Shown here one piece after another: positions 59,671 through 64,000 of a DNA stretch of 64,000 nucleotides. The position numbers and the translations under genes are program-made. Position 1 is the first letter of the stretch, and the number at the start of each line of letters is the position of its first letter. Source of the DNA: Trichormus sp. ATA11-4-KO1 (GTDB lineage Bacteria; Cyanobacteriota; Cyanobacteriia; Cyanobacteriales; Nostocaceae); the NCBI GenBank assembly GCA_019358915.1, contig JAHHIM010000001.1:192001-256000 (forward strand), given 5' to 3'. The notes under the pieces are model-generated. The model saw only the letters and a list, made by a program, of their open reading frames with translations. It did not search any database and was not told where the DNA came from.

Positions 59671-60987
59671 TCATAAATAATACTTCTGTCGTTGCCGAAA
59701 ATTTGCTACCGATTCTACTATTCCTAAAGCAATGAAATTGGTAAGCATGGCTGAACGACCATAACTCATCCAAGGCAGAGGAATTCCGGCTACAGGTGCT
59801 AAACCAACAGTCATACCTACGTTAATAATTAACTGAAACACAATCATTGACAACACACCAATAGCTAATAACGAGCCAAAATTGTCCTTGGCGTTTTGAG
59901 CTACATGCAGCAGACGAAAGCAAATCAAGCAGAAGACAAACAATACTACCAAACAACCAACAAAACCGAATTCTTCGCCCACTGCGGAGAAAATGAAGTC
60001 TGTATGCTGTTCTGGCACGAAATTCAGTTGTGTCATTGGCCCTTTGAACAGACCCCATCCCCAAACTTCACCAGCACCAATAGCGATGCGAGATTGGATG
60101 AGGTGATAGCCTGCGCCTAATGGATCGTGGTCGGGATTAATAAATACACTCAGCCTGTCTTTTTGATACTCTTTCAATATATGATTCCAGGCAAAAACAC
60201 CTAGTTCGCCACCCATGAAATTGACAACCGATGCACCTATACCATTGAGGGCAAAGCGACGCCAAGGAAGAGTTTGCCAAGCCAAAATACCCATAGCCCC
60301 TACCCAAACTAACCCTAAAGGTCCAAAAGATAGTTCTTTAAATAAAATGATCGGCTCTGGTAAGGGCCAGCTTATACTAAAAAGAATGGCTGAAATCACA
60401 GGAGAAACCATCAATATCAGCCAGCCAGGATTAGCATTTGCCCAGTACAGCATCCCTAAGGTGATCGCCGCAAATACTAGTGATGTTGCCAAATCTGGCT
60501 GTAAAAATATCAATGCCCAAGGAACAGCAGTAATTAAAAGAGCGCGGAACACACTGTCGAGACTGGAAGCTGTACGCCTGTGTAATAAAGCCGCTAAGGT
60601 GATAATTATCCCTATTTTGGCAAATTCTGAAGGTTGCACATTAAAACCACCGATAGGAATCCATCGCTGTGCTCCTTTAGCGCTAGTGCCAATGATCATC
60701 ACGGCAACCAGGCTGAGGTTGGTCAGTGAGTAAGTTATCCAATGCCATTGAATGAGATTTTCGTAATGGATGCGAGCTAAAAACAACGCTATCAAACCCC
60801 CAATACCAGCTACTAGCCAGTGCCACCACCAATCAGTAACTGGCTGCGTCAGTTCCGTACTGAGAATCATAATGCCGCCAAAAATACTGAGTCCAATAGG
60901 CAGAAAAAATAGTGGCCAATCTACTTGTTGCCAGGGCTTTACCCAATACTTCCAGCGAATTTTGGGGAGCGATCGTTTGAATAACAT
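59671..60987 (-). CDS. rodA: Rod shape-determining protein RodA
   Basis: GAQRW, QPSEFAK, QPDL, PEQHTDFIF and SYGRS motifs. Confidence 0.93.
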   Translation of the reverse strand: MLFKRSLPKIRWKYWVKPWQQVDWPLFFLPIGLSIFGGIMILSTELTQPVTDWWWHWLVAGIGGLIALFLARIHYENLIQWHWITYSLTNLSLVAVMIIGTSAKGAQRWIPIGGFNVQPSEFAKIGIIITLAALLHRRTASSLDSVFRALLITAVPWALIFLQPDLATSLVFAAITLGMLYWANANPGWLILMVSPVISAILFSISWPLPEPIILFKELSFGPLGLVWVGAMGILAWQTLPWRRFALNGIGASVVNFMGGELGVFAWNHILKEYQKDRLSVFINPDHDPLGAGYHLIQSRIAIGAGEVWGWGLFKGPMTQLNFVPEQHTDFIFSAVGEEFGFVGCLVVLFVFCLICFRLLHVAQNAKDNFGSLLAIGVLSMIVFQLIINVGMTVGLAPVAGIPLPWMSYGRSAMLTNFIALGIVESVANFRQRQKYYL

Positions 60988-61035
60988 TGTGCGATAGTTG
61001 TGTGATTCTAGACTTTAAGTGTGAGTATTTACACT

Positions 61036-61150
61036 GGGGAATGGGGAATGGGGAATGGGGAATGGGGAATGGGGAATGGAGAAAAAATACTCCCTCATCC
61101 CCTTCATCCCCCTCATCTCCCCCTGCTCCCCTGCTCCCTGCGCCCTCATC
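61036..61150. repeat. STRR tracts: (GGGGAAT)n followed by C-rich CCCCTCAT/CCCCTGCT units
   Basis: Direct reading; typical Nostocales short tandem repeats. Confidence 0.85.
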
Positions 61151-61227
61151 CCTGCTTCTTCTCACGATGGCGAATAATCTGTATTCCCAGGCTACAGCCC
61201 AGGAATCAGAAAAGAATTAAAAATTGA

Positions 61228-62298
61228 TTATGTCAGGGCGGCAACTGATACTTTGCCAGCGATATTGAGAGCGATCGCTGTTAATGCTTTTGCCGAAGCT
61301 GAATCAGGATCAGCCACGACTATCGGCACACCGCTATCACCACCAACTCTTGTGGAAATCTCCAGTGGGATACAACCCAGTAAAGGTACTTCCAACTCAG
61401 CTGCTGTTTTGGCACCACCACCTGAACCAAAGATGTCATACTGCTTATCTGGCATATCTGGGGGAATAAAGTAGCTCATATTTTCTACTATTCCCAAAAC
61501 AGGGACGTTCATTTGCTGGAACATCCGCAATCCTTTGCGGGAATCTAACAGCGCTACAGTTTGCGGTGTAGTCACAATTACTGCCCCTGACATTGGTACT
61601 GCTTGGGTTAAAGTTAACTGAGCATCGCCAGTTCCCGGCGGCATATCGACGATTAAATAGTCAAGTTCTCCCCATTCCACTTGATAGAGAAATTGGCGAA
61701 TTACTCCATTGAGCATAGGCCCGCGCCAGATCACTGGCTGATCTCGGTCAATCAAAAAGCCCATTGAGACTAACTTAACGCCGTGATTAAAAGCAGGCTC
61801 TAAAACTTCACCTTTTTCTGTGGAACGCACAACAATTTGAGCGTCAGCTAGCCCCAGCATAGTAGGATCATTTGGCCCATAAATATCGGCATCAAGTAAC
61901 CCAACTTTGGCTCCTGTTTGTGCTAAAGCCACAGCTACATTCACCGCTACCGTACTTTTACCTACACCGCCTTTACCACTGGAAACAGCCAAAATATTTT
62001 TAACGCCATTAATACCACTGCGATCGGGCAAGCTTTTTTGTTGGGGTGTTTCTGCTGTGACTTCTACACTTACTTCTGCAACCCCTGGTAGCTTTTTAAC
62101 AGCTTTTTCGCAATCTTCAACGATAAACTCACGTAAGGGACAGGCGGGTGTAGTCAACACCAAAGTGAAACTAACCTTACCAGCGTCAATTTTGACGTTG
62201 CGAATCATATTCAGTTCTACCAAACTCTTGCGGAGTTCGGGATCTTGCACTGGTCGCAACACTTCTAAGACAGATTGGGAATCGAGAACATCGTACAT
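61228..62298 (-). CDS. mrp: Mrp/NBP35 (ApbC) Fe-S carrier ATPase
   Basis: GKGGVGKS, DADIYGP, WRGPM, DMPPGTGD and ENMS motifs. Confidence 0.95.
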   Translation of the reverse strand: MYDVLDSQSVLEVLRPVQDPELRKSLVELNMIRNVKIDAGKVSFTLVLTTPACPLREFIVEDCEKAVKKLPGVAEVSVEVTAETPQQKSLPDRSGINGVKNILAVSSGKGGVGKSTVAVNVAVALAQTGAKVGLLDADIYGPNDPTMLGLADAQIVVRSTEKGEVLEPAFNHGVKLVSMGFLIDRDQPVIWRGPMLNGVIRQFLYQVEWGELDYLIVDMPPGTGDAQLTLTQAVPMSGAVIVTTPQTVALLDSRKGLRMFQQMNVPVLGIVENMSYFIPPDMPDKQYDIFGSGGGAKTAAELEVPLLGCIPLEISTRVGGDSGVPIVVADPDSASAKALTAIALNIAGKVSVAALT

Positions 62299-62446
62299 AC
62301 TGTTTTCACTGTTACCGCAGTAACAAAATTTAAGAAAATTTTATTATCATCTACTTAAAATCTTAACTTTCTTTAGGAAATAGGGAATAGGGAGTGGGGA
62401 TGAAGGGAAAAGGAACGAATTTTCTCAATGCCCCATGCCCAACGCC

Positions 62447-62971
62447 CTAAAAATCAAAACAACTATCGTTAAGAGATTTTTTCTTCCCTGACACCGCTTG
62501 CAATGCGGTTTTTTCTACGGACTCGACTAAGGAACGTGCTACACGGTCTGCATAAGGCCGAGATAATGACCAAATGAGGGGCGATAACCAACCCCGTAGG
62601 ATGACTGAATACGAAACACAAGTGCCACAGACTGTTGATTCTACTCGGTAAGTAACTCGTTCTTCGACACCAGGAATCGCTAATACACGGATACTTAGCA
62701 TTTCTTTAGGATTAACACGCTCCACAAAAATCCGGATGGGAATCGGCGAAAAGCGTGTCACCGCTTGGTAAATTAATCCAGGTTTGGGTACTAATCCATA
62801 GGGAACGTTGGTACTTTTAAGCAGTGGATGCCAGGAAACGTCTGTTAAGTCAACCACCTTCAGCCACAGTTCATCTACAGAAGCAGAACTAATTTCTTGA
62901 TACGTCCGTACCAGAGAAGCGCAAAATCGACGACGTTTGCGGTGGATGAATTTGGATAAACAGCCTCGCAT
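62447..62971 (-). CDS. Hypothetical protein, SRPBCC/START-like fold likely
   Basis: ISSASVDELW.KV.DL.D.SWHP pattern; start MRGCLS with GAGGA upstream. Confidence 0.6.
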   Translation of the reverse strand: MRGCLSKFIHRKRRRFCASLVRTYQEISSASVDELWLKVVDLTDVSWHPLLKSTNVPYGLVPKPGLIYQAVTRFSPIPIRIFVERVNPKEMLSIRVLAIPGVEERVTYRVESTVCGTCVSYSVILRGWLSPLIWSLSRPYADRVARSLVESVEKTALQAVSGKKKSLNDSCFDF

Positions 62972-63336
62972 TTGCCTAATCCTCCTCTCGCTACGCACTT
63001 GCTTGCTAGTAACTGTAACCGTGGCTTGCCCTGGCTCACAGTATCTCATTAGTCACGACATCAAGGTCTCAAGGTAGAGAATGTTTGTAGACTAATTCAC
63101 CAGAGTCTGGCAATGTTTCTATCAAGAAGTGCAAAAAAAACTCGGTCAATATACAAGCCTATACGCATTTGAGGGAAAATAACTCTAGTCATGCACATCA
63201 ATTGTGTAAATCCTTGATCAGAAAGAGAAAAGCAGATTGGGCAAATTCAGCCAGGTGATCGGCTCGTATTGCCTACAAATTTGTCAATTGAAAAATTTGT
63301 GGCTTTTTGGAAATTGTATTTTAGGTTCGGGAATCT

Positions 63337-64000
63337 ATGTTGACCAACTCTCAAACGCCAACTGTAGAAGCAGCATCATCTAAGTTCTTACCACCAAATG
63401 ACGCGAAGACAAGGGTGCGTCAGTTTATGCAACGGTTGCAAGACGAAATTTCTCAACGGTTAGCGGAACTGGATGGTGTCGGTAAATTTAATGAAGATGG
63501 TTGGGAACGCCCAGAAGGAGGTGGTGGGCGATCGCGCATATTACGCGATGGAGCAATCTTTGAACAAGCAGGTGTAGGTTTCTCTGAAGTTTGGGGTGAT
63601 CATCTGCCGCCCTCAATTTTAGCCCAGCGACCAGATGCAGAAGGACACAGCTTTTATGTCACTGGCACTTCCATGGTGTTACATCCCCGTAATCCCTATG
63701 TACCTACAGTCCATTTAAATTATCGCTATTTTGAAGCTGGCCCAGTCTGGTGGTTTGGTGGTGGTGTTGACCTGACACCCTATTACCCTTTTGCCGAAGA
63801 TGCCAAACATTTACATCAAACCCTGAAGCAAGCTTGCGATCAACATCACCCAGAGTATTATCCAGTGTTTAAGCGCTGGTGTGATGAATATTTCTACCTC
63901 AAGCATCGGAATGAGACACGGGGTGTGGGTGGTCTATTTTTTGATTATCAACACAGTCAAAGTGCTTTGTATGGTGGTCCCGATCCTCATGGGGCGGCGG
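63337..64000 (+). CDS. hemF: Oxygen-dependent coproporphyrinogen III oxidase (runs off window)
   Basis: Manual translation: [44 protein letters not shown] and CDEYF.LKHR.E.RGVGG.FFD. Not in the ORF track. Confidence 0.96.
   Translation, partial: MLTNSQTPTVEAASSKFLPPNDAKTRVRQFMQRLQDEISQRLAELDGVGKFNEDGWERPEGGGGRSRILRDGAIFEQAGVGFSEVWGDHLPPSILAQRPDAEGHSFYVTGTSMVLHPRNPYVPTVHLNYRYFEAGPVWWFGGGVDLTPYYPFAEDAKHLHQTLKQACDQHHPEYYPVFKRWCDEYFYLKHRNETRGVGGLFFDYQHSQSALYGGPDPHGAA

Noticed and set aside
60833..61227. ORFs of 110, 77 and 68 aa
   Set aside because: These are translations of STRR tracts (GMGNGEW, SPFPIPH) overlapping the rodA start; probably spurious.
1..64000. CRISPR array, tRNA/rRNA genes, transposase or integrase
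   Set aside because: No regularly spaced repeat-spacer units, no recognisable structural RNA genes and no transposase ORFs were seen. The repeats are STRRs, MITEs and micro-elements.

Overview
A 64 kb chromosomal segment from a heterocyst-forming cyanobacterium (Nostocales). The evidence is abundant HIP1 octamers (GCGATCGC), STRR heptamer tracts, and the ndhS, vipp1+pspA and Tic20 genes. Most of the window is housekeeping: glyA, cinA, mscL, an M1 peptidase, rlmN, uvrC, trx-vipp1-pspA, comEC, ugd, rodA, mrp and hemF. The accessory part is a ~12 kb DNA phosphorothioation (Dnd) island at 22.4-34.2 kb. It carries dndC, dndD, dndE, a PT-associated putative methyltransferase, two very different DGQHR/DndB-family genes, and an orphan dnd-associated protein 4 (PbeD-like). 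No dndA, dndFGH or pbeA/pbeC is visible in the window. The island also holds a Uma2 nuclease and a MazF-type toxin gene broken by a single stop codon, with its antitoxin intact. It ends in two gene remnants (Uma2 and a MIF tautomerase). The second DGQHR gene is preceded by a multi-hairpin non-coding region and followed by a perfect 16-bp palindrome. The window also shows tiny mobile DNA: two MITE families, a composite dispersed repeat, and 21-27 nt elements inserted in frame into uvrC, an aminotransferase and the UDP-glucuronate decarboxylase gene. All family assignments come from motif recognition by eye, not from database searches.
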